Below, piece after piece: positions 1 to 8,875 of a stretch of DNA of 64,000 nt (positions within the stretch are counted from its first letter, which is position 1; every line of letters begins with the position of its first letter). Origin of the DNA: an uncultured Chloroflexia bacterium (lineage in GTDB: Bacteria > Chloroflexota > Limnocylindria > Limnocylindrales > CSP1-4); assembly GCA_963712745.1 (NCBI GenBank), contig CAVQJC010000017.1, positions 388,190 through 452,189 on the forward strand. The letters are read 5' to 3'. Below the pieces are notes generated by a model. The model ran no database searches, had not been told where the DNA came from, and worked only from the letters and a program-made list of their open reading frames with translations. Position numbers and translations under genes: made by a program.

Positions 1-415
1 CCCGGTGACCGCGTATGCCGTCGATCTGGCCGTCGACTACATGGCCCAGGTAGCGGCCGGTGGCCACGACTTCCGTGGGGCAGGGGCCAACTTCCTGCTT
101 CACGCCTGGACGAGCGCCGACGAGAATGCAGCACTACGAGAGATGCTCCTCCGCCGCAGGCGACAGGCCAGCGCCTTGGCGCGCTCGGTCATCGATGGTG
201 CCATCTCCCGTGGTGAGCTCCCGGCAGACCTCGACCCCGACGGGCTCGCCCTCGGACTGGTCTCGATGTTTGACGGGCTCTTCCTCCAGCGCGCGGAGCG
301 CGGCCAGTCCTTCTCGGTCGAAGATGCCCGTCGGCAGGCCCGCGCGGTCATCGAAGCGATGCTCCGCTCACCCCAGACAGCCGACGGTTCGGAGAACGCA
401 GGTGGCCAGCCATGA
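1..415 (+). CDS. TetR/AcrR-family transcriptional regulator, C-terminal part (5' end outside window)
   Basis: ORF open from the window edge; TetR_C-like motif 'GAISRGELPADLDPDGLALGLVSMFDGL'. Confidence 0.7.
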   Translation, partial: PVTAYAVDLAVDYMAQVAAGGHDFRGAGANFLLHAWTSADENAALREMLLRRRRQASALARSVIDGAISRGELPADLDPDGLALGLVSMFDGLFLQRAERGQSFSVEDARRQARAVIEAMLRSPQTADGSENAGGQP

Positions 416-870
416 CCACCCAGCCCATCTCGGTAGCGGCCCGGACCACCACGCCCGGCGCCACCATCATCTCCGTCTCCCTGGTGGTCGCCTACGCCAT
501 CCTGCTGGCGACCATGCTCGAACGTGGGCACGCCGCCGGAGGCGAGATCTGGGGGCTCATCGCCACGGTCGTGGGTCTGGCCGCCAGCATCCTCACGCTT
601 GTCGTGCTCCACTCGAGTCGCCGAGCCGTTCGTGTGGCGGTCGTGGTTCTCTGGATGTTCGTGCTGTCGCTGGGCGTGACGGGCACGCTCGACCACGCCG
701 CCCCCGTGCTCGTCGAGTACCTCGATCAGCGGCCACGACCGCCCCTCGTACCGCTCGTCTATGCGGTCTTCGGCATGGTCGGTATCTGGGTCGTCGTGGC
801 GAACCGACGGAGCCAGCGACGGGCGGGGCGACTCCCGCGAGAGCAAGAGCACGAGCAGGAGCACGAGTGA
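412..870 (+). CDS. Hypothetical membrane protein (about 4 TM helices)
   Basis: ATGA overlap with the upstream stop; GGTGG upstream; hydrophobic segments. Confidence 0.65.
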   Translation: MTTQPISVAARTTTPGATIISVSLVVAYAILLATMLERGHAAGGEIWGLIATVVGLAASILTLVVLHSSRRAVRVAVVVLWMFVLSLGVTGTLDHAAPVLVEYLDQRPRPPLVPLVYAVFGMVGIWVVVANRRSQRRAGRLPREQEHEQEHE

Positions 871-1703
871 TGAGGGCCACTGTCCACACCCGCGCGGAAC
901 TCCGCGCCTTCGCGCTCCTCGTGGGCCTGTGCTCCCTTCCGTTCTGGATCGCTGGCGCCGTGTCGGGCGCGACGGTCACGAGCACGCTGTCCATCGCGTC
1001 CCTCATGGTGGTGGCCCCGTTCATCGCGGGCGTCGCACTCACCTGGCGTTGGGTAGGCGCTCGCGGCGTCCGCTCACTGCTGCTGCGGGCCATCGACCCG
1101 CGCCTGCCTCGCGGTGCCGGCTGGTACCTGCCCGTGCTCCTGCTCATGCCCGCAGCACTCGTGCTGGAGGTCGCGGCGATCCGCTTCAGCGGGCGTATGG
1201 TGCCGGCTTTCGAGGTCGTGCCGGCCGCGGTCCTTGCAGATCTTGCGGTCTTCTGGGTGGCGGCGACCCTGGAGGAAGTGGGGTGGACCGGCTTCGCGAC
1301 CGACCGCCTCCAGGCAGGCAGGAGCGCCCTGGCTTCCGCCGTCGTCCTTGGTGTCGGCTGGGCCCTGTGGCACGTGCCCGCGATGCTGGACATGCCGGCC
1401 GGGCACTCGTGGTCCTGGATCATGCTCCAGTGCGCCAACCTTGTCGCGATGCGCGTTCTCATCGTCTGGGTCTACAACGCGTCGGGACGCAGCCTGTTCG
1501 CGGCCATCGCCTTCCACGCCGTGTACAACGTCTGCACCATCACCCTGTTCCCGGTGTACGGCTCACACTATGACCCCCTCGTGGCCGGCATCGTGCTCGC
1601 GGCCATCGCGATCGCCGTCATCCGGGTCTGGACCCCGGCCACACTCTCGACCTTGCGTGGGCGAACAGCCTCGCCCGCGGCCGCGTCGGGCGTCGGAAGT
1701 TAG
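870..1703 (+). CDS. CPBP (CAAX/Abi) family intramembrane glutamic endopeptidase
   Basis: EEVGWTG, WALWHVP and AIAFHAVYN motifs; start overlaps the upstream stop (TGATG). Confidence 0.85.
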   Translation: MRATVHTRAELRAFALLVGLCSLPFWIAGAVSGATVTSTLSIASLMVVAPFIAGVALTWRWVGARGVRSLLLRAIDPRLPRGAGWYLPVLLLMPAALVLEVAAIRFSGRMVPAFEVVPAAVLADLAVFWVAATLEEVGWTGFATDRLQAGRSALASAVVLGVGWALWHVPAMLDMPAGHSWSWIMLQCANLVAMRVLIVWVYNASGRSLFAAIAFHAVYNVCTITLFPVYGSHYDPLVAGIVLAAIAIAVIRVWTPATLSTLRGRTASPAAASGVGS

Positions 1704-1764
1704 CCAAGAGGCACAAGAGCGGGGCCTGGGCCCTGGTCCGGTGCCCGGCTCGCCGGGCCCCGCA

Positions 1765-2244
1765 TCAGCCAGGGTCCTTGGCCAGACCCTCCACGACCTC
1801 TCCGCCCAGTGCGGTCAAGATGCCTGGCGGACCCAGCACCTTTCGGTCCCGACTGCCACCGCCGAGGATGATTCGCGGCCGCTCCATGACCCGCGCGTCC
1901 ACCCACAGCGGCAGCTCCGGCGGCAGGCCGATCGGGGTCACGCCGCCGATGGCCATGCCCGTGAGCTGCTGGGTCTCCTCGGCGCCGGCGAACGACGCCT
2001 TGCGCGCCTCGAGTCGCTTCCTGACCGTCTTGTTGACATCCAGCCTGGTCGTGGCCAGCACGACGCAGGCCGCGTACACCGGCGGGTCAGCCTTCCCCAC
2101 CACCAGGATCGTGTTGGCCGAGTCCTCGAGCTCGAAACCATAGGCCGCGCAGAACTCAGCCGTGTCGGCCAGGGCTGGGTCGCACGCGAAGAGCTCGTAT
2201 TCGACAGCCAGCGACTCCAGCCGCTCCACGAGTTGGTCGCTCAC
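1765..2244 (-). CDS. YbaK/EbsC (aminoacyl-tRNA editing) family protein
   Basis: TGMAIGGVTPIG and ILGGGSR motifs; GTG start with AGGAG RBS. Confidence 0.85.
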   Translation of the reverse strand: MSDQLVERLESLAVEYELFACDPALADTAEFCAAYGFELEDSANTILVVGKADPPVYAACVVLATTRLDVNKTVRKRLEARKASFAGAEETQQLTGMAIGGVTPIGLPPELPLWVDARVMERPRIILGGGSRDRKVLGPPGILTALGGEVVEGLAKDPG

Positions 2245-2438
2245 AGCCCTGCTTGCTCCTCCGTCTTCGCCAGGTGCCGATGGTACGGCCTCTCGCGAGG
2301 TCTGCTCGCCTGGTGAGCGATGACGACGCAGGCGAGCCTCGGGCGTGATGGCCATGGTCGCATGATGTGATGTTCCACTGACCCTGGGAACTACAGCCTC
2401 GACGATCCTGCCATGAGCCTGGACGTTCCTGACCTGTT

Positions 2439-2475
2439 GTGATAGCGTTACCACCGAGCGTGATAACGATACCAC
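2439..2475 (+). promoter_or_regulatory. Two LacI-type operator palindromes (2439-2454 GTGATAGCGTTACCAC; 2460-2475 GTGATAACGATACCAC)
   Basis: 16-bp imperfect palindromes with a central CG, starts 21 bp apart, upstream of an operon containing a LacI-family gene. Confidence 0.75.
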
Positions 2476-2525
2476 CCAACAGCGCTCCGACGTACCGCCG
2501 CAAGCTCGACCAGAGAGGACGACCG

Positions 2526-3587
2526 ATGACGCAGCCCTTCACCGACACCATCCCCGGCACCGAGGTGCAGCGGGGCATGAACAAGGACGACCTGATCGTC
2601 ATCGCCGGCGCCGGCGGGTTCATCGCCGGCTCGCTCACCCGCTACTTCGCCGAGCAGGGCTACACCAACATCCGGGCTATCGACCGCAAGCCGCTGCCCG
2701 ACTGGTACCTGCGCGTGCCGGGCGTCGAGTCCCTCTCAGCCGACCTCAGCGTGGAGGCCAACGCCATCGAGGCGGTCAAGGGTGCCACCGAGGTCTACAA
2801 CCTTGCGGCCGACATGGGTGGCATGGGCTTCATCGAGAACTTCCGCGTCGAATGCCTGCGCAGCATCCTCGTCAACACGCACCTGACCGAGGCCTCCTAC
2901 CGCGCCGGTGTCCAGCGCTACTTCTTCAGCTCGTCGGCCTGCGCCTACAACACCGACCTGCAGAAGAACCCCGACGTCATCGCGCTCAAGGAGTCCGACG
3001 CCTACCCGGCCATGGCCGAGCGCGGCTACGGCTGGGAGAAGCTCATCAGCGAGATGTTCTGCGAGGAGTACTGGGCGGAGCGACAGCTTGAGACGCACAT
3101 CGCCCGCTTCCACAACATCTACGGCCCCAACGGCACCTGGTTCGGCGGTCGCGAGAAGGCCCCCGCGGCGATGTGCCGCAAGGTGCTTGAGGCCCAGGAC
3201 AGCGGCGACATGCGCATCGAGATCTGGGGCGACGGCGAGCAGACCCGCTCGTTCTGCTACATCGACGACTGCCTCCACGGCATCGACCGCATCATGCACA
3301 GCCCCGAGCTCATCGCCACGCCCATCAACCTCGGCTCCAGCGAGCTGGTCTCGATCAACAAGCTGGTCGACATCGTCGAGGACATCGCGGACGTGAAGCT
3401 CGAGCGCGAGTACGACCTCGACGCGCCCAAGGGCGTGGCCGGGCGCAACAGCGATAACACCTTCATCCAGGAGGTCCTCGGCTGGGAGCCCAACACGCCG
3501 CTGCGCGAAGGCATGGCCGAGACCTACGCCTGGATCAGCGAGCAATTCGCCGCCCGCAAGGCCGGCAAGCGCGTGGTCGAGGGCTAG
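2526..3587 (+). CDS. GDP-mannose 3,5-epimerase-like NAD-dependent epimerase
   Basis: GAGGFIA, LAADMGGMGFI, SSAC, YGWEK, GGREKAPAA, WGDGEQTRSF and GRNSDN motifs typical of GME; AGAGGA RBS. Confidence 0.88.
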   Translation: MTQPFTDTIPGTEVQRGMNKDDLIVIAGAGGFIAGSLTRYFAEQGYTNIRAIDRKPLPDWYLRVPGVESLSADLSVEANAIEAVKGATEVYNLAADMGGMGFIENFRVECLRSILVNTHLTEASYRAGVQRYFFSSSACAYNTDLQKNPDVIALKESDAYPAMAERGYGWEKLISEMFCEEYWAERQLETHIARFHNIYGPNGTWFGGREKAPAAMCRKVLEAQDSGDMRIEIWGDGEQTRSFCYIDDCLHGIDRIMHSPELIATPINLGSSELVSINKLVDIVEDIADVKLEREYDLDAPKGVAGRNSDNTFIQEVLGWEPNTPLREGMAETYAWISEQFAARKAGKRVVEG

Positions 3588-3591
3588 CCTC

Positions 3592-4404
3592 ATGACCGCG
3601 GAAACCGCGGCCACCACTGCGCCGGCGGCCCTGCAGGAGGCGATCGGGCACTTCCCCTACCGGCTGCAGATGGCTGGCGGCTGGATCGACCAGCCCTTCG
3701 TCTCCGAGCGTCTTCCCGAACCGCCCGGCTCGATGGTGGTGGTCTCGCTCCACCCCACCACTCGTTACATGGACCGCAGCGGCATGGCCACCGGGACACG
3801 GGTCGTGGCTCGTGGTCTGTGGGGCGACGAGCTCCCGGACGATCGCCCTGCCGAGGTGCTCGTTCGCGAGCTCTACCAGGCCGAGAACGAGGGCCAGGCC
3901 GCCCCGTCGGGCTCGCAGGACATGTGCGGTCTCATCTACCCGGGCATCAGCCGGCTCGACTACGACGCCTCGGTGGAAGGTGGCTGGTTCCCGGCGCACG
4001 TCGAGTCCACCTCCGATCCCGGGGTCGTGGCCTGGTTGGAGCAGGTCATCCACCTCGTCCCGGTCGGCCCTCGCCCGGTCGGCTACGACCCCCTGGGCGT
4101 GAAGAACCTCGACCCCGCCTGGGTCGCCCGACTGGGCCACAGCGGCCGGGCCTGCTATGAGGCCATCGTGGCCATGGACCTCGAGGCGCTGGGCGAGTCG
4201 CTCAACGAGTGCTCGCGCGCCTGGGCTGCGATCTTGCCGCAGGTCTTCGAGCACCCGGCTATCAACATCGACCTGCACGGGCTGCTCGCCGGCTATGCAG
4301 CCGCCTACCCCGGGGCCATGTACTCCGGCTGCGGCGGCGGCTACGTCATCGTCGCCTCGGACACCCCGCCGCCCGGATCGGCTCGCATCGCGGTGCGTGC
4401 GTGA
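3592..4404 (+). CDS. GHMP-family sugar kinase (Fkp kinase domain / HddA-like)
   Basis: PYRLQMAGGWID (cf. P.RID.AGGW.D), RSGMATG, SGSQD and SGCGGGY motifs. Confidence 0.7.
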   Translation: MTAETAATTAPAALQEAIGHFPYRLQMAGGWIDQPFVSERLPEPPGSMVVVSLHPTTRYMDRSGMATGTRVVARGLWGDELPDDRPAEVLVRELYQAENEGQAAPSGSQDMCGLIYPGISRLDYDASVEGGWFPAHVESTSDPGVVAWLEQVIHLVPVGPRPVGYDPLGVKNLDPAWVARLGHSGRACYEAIVAMDLEALGESLNECSRAWAAILPQVFEHPAINIDLHGLLAGYAAAYPGAMYSGCGGGYVIVASDTPPPGSARIAVRA

Positions 4405-5207
4405 CCGCGCGCGTCGTCGTCGAGCACAGCCTCGACGACCTTCGCTCGGACGACGTGCGGTTTCTGCAGGAGGCCGCGCGCCATGGGCCGGTCCACGTGC
4501 GCATCCCGGACGACGAGCTGATGCAGGAGCTCAGCGGGGGGCTCCCCAAGTTCCCCGTGTCCGAGCGCCTCTTCCTGGCCGAGTCGCTGCGCTGGGTATC
4601 GAGCGCCGAGGCCGTGAGCCGGCCGCTTGCCGACGCGCCGGATGCGTCCATGGCCGCCGACTCCGTGCTCGTCGCGAGGGGAGAGGACTCGGTCCTCCGC
4701 ACCGCGGCGGCCGCAGCGGGCGTGCCCGTCATCGCGGTGTGGCCCGATGATCGGGCGGGCTTCCCCGTCATCGAGCCCTATCCGGTCCCGTCCGGCACGC
4801 CCGGCGTCATCGTCACCGGCTGCTTCGACTGGCTCCACTCCGGACACATCCGCTTCTTCATGGACGCGGCTGCGTACGGCGCGCTCACCGTGGTGGTGGG
4901 CAGCGATCGCAACGTGGCCCTGCTTAAGGGCGAGGGTCATCCGCTTCAGCGCGAGGAGGAGCGGCGTTACATGGTCGGCTCGACGGCACCGGTCTATCTC
5001 TGCCTGGTGTCCTCGGGCTCAGGCTGGATGGACGCCGAGCCCGAGATCGACCTCATCCGACCGACCTACTACGTCGTCAACGAGGACGGCGACCAGCCGG
5101 AGAAGCGGGAGTTCTGCCGGGCGCACGGGATCGAGTACGTGGTGCTCGAACGCGTGCCGCACGCGGGGCTGCCAGCCCGCTCGAGCACAGACCTGAGAGG
5201 CTTCTAG
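4401..5207 (+). CDS. Cytidylyltransferase-like (HIGH motif, RfaE domain II-like) nucleotidyltransferase; degenerate N-terminal copy plus intact C-terminal domain
   Basis: GCFDWLHSGH, GSDRNVALLKG and RSST motifs; GTGA overlap with the kinase stop. Confidence 0.8.
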   Translation: MTARVVVEHSLDDLRSDDVRFLQEAARHGPVHVRIPDDELMQELSGGLPKFPVSERLFLAESLRWVSSAEAVSRPLADAPDASMAADSVLVARGEDSVLRTAAAAAGVPVIAVWPDDRAGFPVIEPYPVPSGTPGVIVTGCFDWLHSGHIRFFMDAAAYGALTVVVGSDRNVALLKGEGHPLQREEERRYMVGSTAPVYLCLVSSGSGWMDAEPEIDLIRPTYYVVNEDGDQPEKREFCRAHGIEYVVLERVPHAGLPARSSTDLRGF

Positions 5208-5219
5208 GAGGAGGCAGCG

Positions 5220-6218
5220 ATGCCGACCCTGACCGATGTCGCCAGGCGCGCAGGCGTCTCGCCGATGACCGTCTCGCGCGTGGTGAACGGCTCGGGCCCC
5301 GTCAGCCCCGAGTTGCGGACACGCGTGGAGCAGGCCGTGGCCGAGACGGGATACGTGCCCAACACGGTCGCACGCAACCTGCGTGTCCGCCGCACCGACA
5401 CCATCGCGCTGGTGATGCCGGACATGACCAACCCCTTCTTCACGGCGCTGGCGCAGGGCGTCGAGACAGCCGCGCGTGAGGCCGGTATCTCGCTGCTGCT
5501 GGCCAACACCGATCAACGCGAGGACGAGGAGGAGCGACTGGTGCGGGCGCTGCTGCAGCGGCAGATCGACGGCCTGCTCATCATCCCCGCAGGCTCCTGT
5601 ATCGAGACCGTCCGGCTTTGCCGCGACCAGGGCGTGCCCCTGGTCGTGGTCGACCGCCGCCCGGAACGCCCTGGTGCAGACGTCGTCCGTGCCGACGCCG
5701 AGGGCGGCGCGCTCGAGCTCGGGCGACTCATGGTCGGGCTGGGCCATCGGTACGCCGCGGTCCTGACCGGCCCACCGACCGTGCCCACTGCCGTGGATCG
5801 CGCCGCCGGCTTCGCCCGAGCCTTCGAGGACGCCGGGCTGCCGGGACCGCTGGTCATCCACGGCGAGTTCACCATCGACAGCGGCCACGAGATGGCGGGC
5901 GAGGCCATGAGCGAGTCACCAAGGCCGACGGCGCTCTTCGCGGCCAACAACTTCATCGCCATCGGCGTGCAGCACGGCCTGGAGGAGCTCGGCCTGCGTG
6001 TGCCGGAGGACGTGGCTCTGGTGGGCATGGACGACCTGCCCAGCGCGATGGTCACGTTCCCGTTCCTGACCGTGGTAGCCCAGCCGGCCGTCGAGATGGG
6101 CCGACGTGCCGTGGGTCTCCTGCTCGATCGCCTGGCCCATCCCGATCGCCCGGCCGACGAGGTGGTACTCCCGACGGAGCTCGTCATCCGTCGCTCCAGC
6201 GGCGGACGCATCGCTTGA
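5220..6218 (+). CDS. LacI-family transcriptional regulator
   Basis: TLTDVARRAGVSPMTVSRVVN HTH; PEDVALVGMDD; GGAGGAGG RBS. Confidence 0.95.
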   Translation: MPTLTDVARRAGVSPMTVSRVVNGSGPVSPELRTRVEQAVAETGYVPNTVARNLRVRRTDTIALVMPDMTNPFFTALAQGVETAAREAGISLLLANTDQREDEEERLVRALLQRQIDGLLIIPAGSCIETVRLCRDQGVPLVVVDRRPERPGADVVRADAEGGALELGRLMVGLGHRYAAVLTGPPTVPTAVDRAAGFARAFEDAGLPGPLVIHGEFTIDSGHEMAGEAMSESPRPTALFAANNFIAIGVQHGLEELGLRVPEDVALVGMDDLPSAMVTFPFLTVVAQPAVEMGRRAVGLLLDRLAHPDRPADEVVLPTELVIRRSSGGRIA

Positions 6219-6247
6219 CCGGCCCGACCCGTCAGACTGGTCGGAGC

Positions 6248-7468
6248 ATGACCCCGCGAACCGGCTACGTGACCCACCTCGAGGCCGCCATCGACGGCAC
6301 CGTGCTGCCCGCGGGCAGCATCCAGACCACCCACCAGGGCCGGCCACTGTGGGTGCGCTACGACCTCGAAGCGCTGCGAGCGACGGTCGACCGCGACGCC
6401 TGGCGCGAGCGGCCGGCCGGGATGTGGCGCTACGCCGAGCTGCTGCCGTTGGCCGATCAGGACCATCGGGTCTCGCTGGGTGAGACGACGACGCCCCTGC
6501 TCGAAGCGCCACACCTGGCCGCGCACCTTGGGCTGCGCGACCTGCTCATCAAGGACGAGTCGCGCCTGCCCACCGGCTCCTTCAAGGCGCGGGGCATGGC
6601 CGTGGCGGTCTCGATGGCGCGCGCGCTGGGCATCGAGCGCCTGGCCGCGCCCACTGCCGGCAACGCCGGGGGAGCCCTTGCCGCGTACGCCGCCCGTGCC
6701 GGCATGGAGGCATACGTGTTCATGCCTGCCGACACGCCCATGGTCAACCGCTACGAGGCGGCCCTCTACGGCGCCCACGCCTACCTCGTCGACGGCTTCA
6801 TCAACGACTGCGGAGCCATCGTTCGCGACGGCGTCGAGCCGATGGGCTGGTTCGACATGAGCACGCTCAAGGAGCCGTATCGCATCGAGGGCAAGAAGAC
6901 GATGGGCCTGGAGCTGGCCGACCAGCTCGACTGGCGACTGCCCGACGTCGTGCTCTATCCCACCGGCGGCGGCACCGGGCTCATCGGCATGTGGAAGGCC
7001 TTTGCCGAGCTCGACGCGCTGGGCTGGCTTGACGCGCCGAAGAGGCCGCGGCTCCTCTCGGTCCAGTCGGACGGCTGCTCGCCCATCGCAGATGCCTGGG
7101 CGGCCGGCGAGCGATTTGCCGCACCGGCCATCGACCCCCAGACGGTCGCGAGCGGGATCCGCGTTCCCGTCGCTGTCGGCGACTTCATGATCCTCGATGC
7201 CGTACGCGAGTCGGGTGGTGCCGCGCTCACGGCGGAGGAGGGGAGGCTGGTCGAGTGGATGCGCCTGGCCAACCGGCTCGAGGGCATCGCGCTCTGCCCG
7301 GAGGCCGCCGCCTGCGTGGGCGTGCTCGAGGGGCTCGTCCGCAGCGGCCAGGTCGACCCCGACGAGCAGGTCGTCATCTTCAACACGGGTGCGGCCCAGA
7401 AGTACGTCGAGGCCATGTCCGCCGAACTCCCCACGGTGGAATCGCCGGTGGACTACCAGGCGCTCTGA
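6248..7468 (+). CDS. thrC: Threonine synthase (fold type II PLP enzyme)
   Basis: SLGETTTPL, PTGSFKARG (PLP lysine), TAGNAG, EGKKTMGLE and YPTGGGTG motifs. Confidence 0.85.
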   Translation: MTPRTGYVTHLEAAIDGTVLPAGSIQTTHQGRPLWVRYDLEALRATVDRDAWRERPAGMWRYAELLPLADQDHRVSLGETTTPLLEAPHLAAHLGLRDLLIKDESRLPTGSFKARGMAVAVSMARALGIERLAAPTAGNAGGALAAYAARAGMEAYVFMPADTPMVNRYEAALYGAHAYLVDGFINDCGAIVRDGVEPMGWFDMSTLKEPYRIEGKKTMGLELADQLDWRLPDVVLYPTGGGTGLIGMWKAFAELDALGWLDAPKRPRLLSVQSDGCSPIADAWAAGERFAAPAIDPQTVASGIRVPVAVGDFMILDAVRESGGAALTAEEGRLVEWMRLANRLEGIALCPEAAACVGVLEGLVRSGQVDPDEQVVIFNTGAAQKYVEAMSAELPTVESPVDYQAL

Positions 7469-7477
7469 GCGCGAACG

Positions 7478-7975
7478 CTAGCCTGAGCGGCCCACGCGCT
7501 CGGGATGCCAGAAACCCTGGTGCACCACGGCTGCCTCCGGCAGGTCAGCGGGTCCCTCGACCGCGATCACCCGCTGGCCGGCGGCCAGCACGGTCCGCGC
7601 GGGCAGATGCATGGTGGGATTCTCGGCGTCGGCCCCGGTGAGGGCCCCGAGCTGCGCTTCGGCAAGGGCATAGACGACGCGCCCGATGCCGCTCCAGTAG
7701 ATGGCTCCGGAGCACATCGCGCAGGGCTCGGTGCTGCTGTAGAGCGTGGTCGGGGCCAGCTCGGCCTCGGTGAACGAGCGAGAGGCCAGGCGCACCAGGT
7801 TGAGCTCCGCGTGCGCGGTGACGTCGCGGTCGACGGTGACGGTGTTGCCGGCTTCGAGCAGGACGTCGCCGCTGGCGTTGGCGAGAACGGCTCCGAAGGG
7901 ATGGTTGCCGACCTCGCGGGCCCGGCGCGCCACGTCGATGGCCAGCCGCAGCAGGCGCAGGTCGGTCTCGGTCAT
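7478..7975 (-). CDS. Nucleoside/nucleobase deaminase (cytidine deaminase-like)
   Basis: NHPFGA, HAE and EPCAMC zinc motifs. Confidence 0.88.
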   Translation of the reverse strand: MTETDLRLLRLAIDVARRAREVGNHPFGAVLANASGDVLLEAGNTVTVDRDVTAHAELNLVRLASRSFTEAELAPTTLYSSTEPCAMCSGAIYWSGIGRVVYALAEAQLGALTGADAENPTMHLPARTVLAAGQRVIAVEGPADLPEAAVVHQGFWHPERVGRSG

Positions 7976-8781
7976 GCCGGCCCTTTCCAGACGCGCTCGG
8001 GCCGTTCGGTCAGGCCCAGCTCCTCGAGCACGTCGATGATCTCGTAGTCGGAGCGGTACCAGGCGCGGATATTGGCCGAACCGGTCTCCGACAGGTCGGT
8101 GGGCGTGTCGTCCGGAGCGCGATTCGCGCTCCGGGGGTCGGCCGGCAGCCGGCAACGATCGGGCAGCCCGATGAGCGCGCGCAGCCGCTCGAAATCATCA
8201 CTGAGCGTCTCCTGCCAGCCGACCAGCAGGATCTGGCCTCGCCGCTTTCGCAGTAAAGCGGGCGAGCCGAGCCAGACCGCGAAGGTCGTGCGCACGTGGC
8301 GGATGTCGTGCATCGCGGCAACAGCTGCGCGTCGTTCGGCCGCGTCGTCCGATGACAGGGCCACCGCCAGCTTGTCGGGCGTGTCGAAGCGCCGGAAGGC
8401 TATTCGCTCCTTCTTCGACCAGGGCGAATCGTGGCGCGGCTTGCCCTGTCGCAACCGGGACATGAAGCCCGACACGTAGCGACCGACCGGGTCGCGCAGC
8501 ACGAAGACCACGTCATCCCGCGGCGGGATGCGCCGGAGGTCGATGTGGTGCGAATGGGTCAGGATGCGCGTGCCGGGCGCCACATCCTGGTAGACGCTGC
8601 GGACGCCACGGATGTCACCACGGATGGCGTCCTTCACGGCCGAGCCGCCGGTCTTGCCGATGTGGATGATGTGGATCACTCGCTGACGCCGCAGCCGGCC
8701 CTCGATCGACTGGATCCACGGCTTCAGCAGGCGCTTGCGCATGCGCAGCCACTGCCGCAGTCGCCGCAGTCGTCGCTTCAC
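7972..8781 (-). CDS. Sulfotransferase family 2-like protein (start uncertain: 8742 or 8781)
   Basis: HIGKTGGS 5'-PAPS loop and LRDPVGRYVSG 3'-PB motif. Confidence 0.7.
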   Translation of the reverse strand: MKRRLRRLRQWLRMRKRLLKPWIQSIEGRLRRQRVIHIIHIGKTGGSAVKDAIRGDIRGVRSVYQDVAPGTRILTHSHHIDLRRIPPRDDVVFVLRDPVGRYVSGFMSRLRQGKPRHDSPWSKKERIAFRRFDTPDKLAVALSSDDAAERRAAVAAMHDIRHVRTTFAVWLGSPALLRKRRGQILLVGWQETLSDDFERLRALIGLPDRCRLPADPRSANRAPDDTPTDLSETGSANIRAWYRSDYEIIDVLEELGLTERPERVWKGPA

Positions 8782-8875
8782 GGGTTGGCTGATCTGGTCG
8801 TTCGCACGGTCGCCCGATTCTAGTGCTGCGCGCGTCAGCGGCGGTCCTGCCATGCTTCGAAGGCAAGGAGGGGAC

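Noticed and set aside
2526-5207. LPS or capsule nucleotide-sugar biosynthesis cluster
   Set aside because: No glycosyltransferase, flippase or polymerase genes, and the LacI gene and operators point to inducible sugar use. Not fully excluded.
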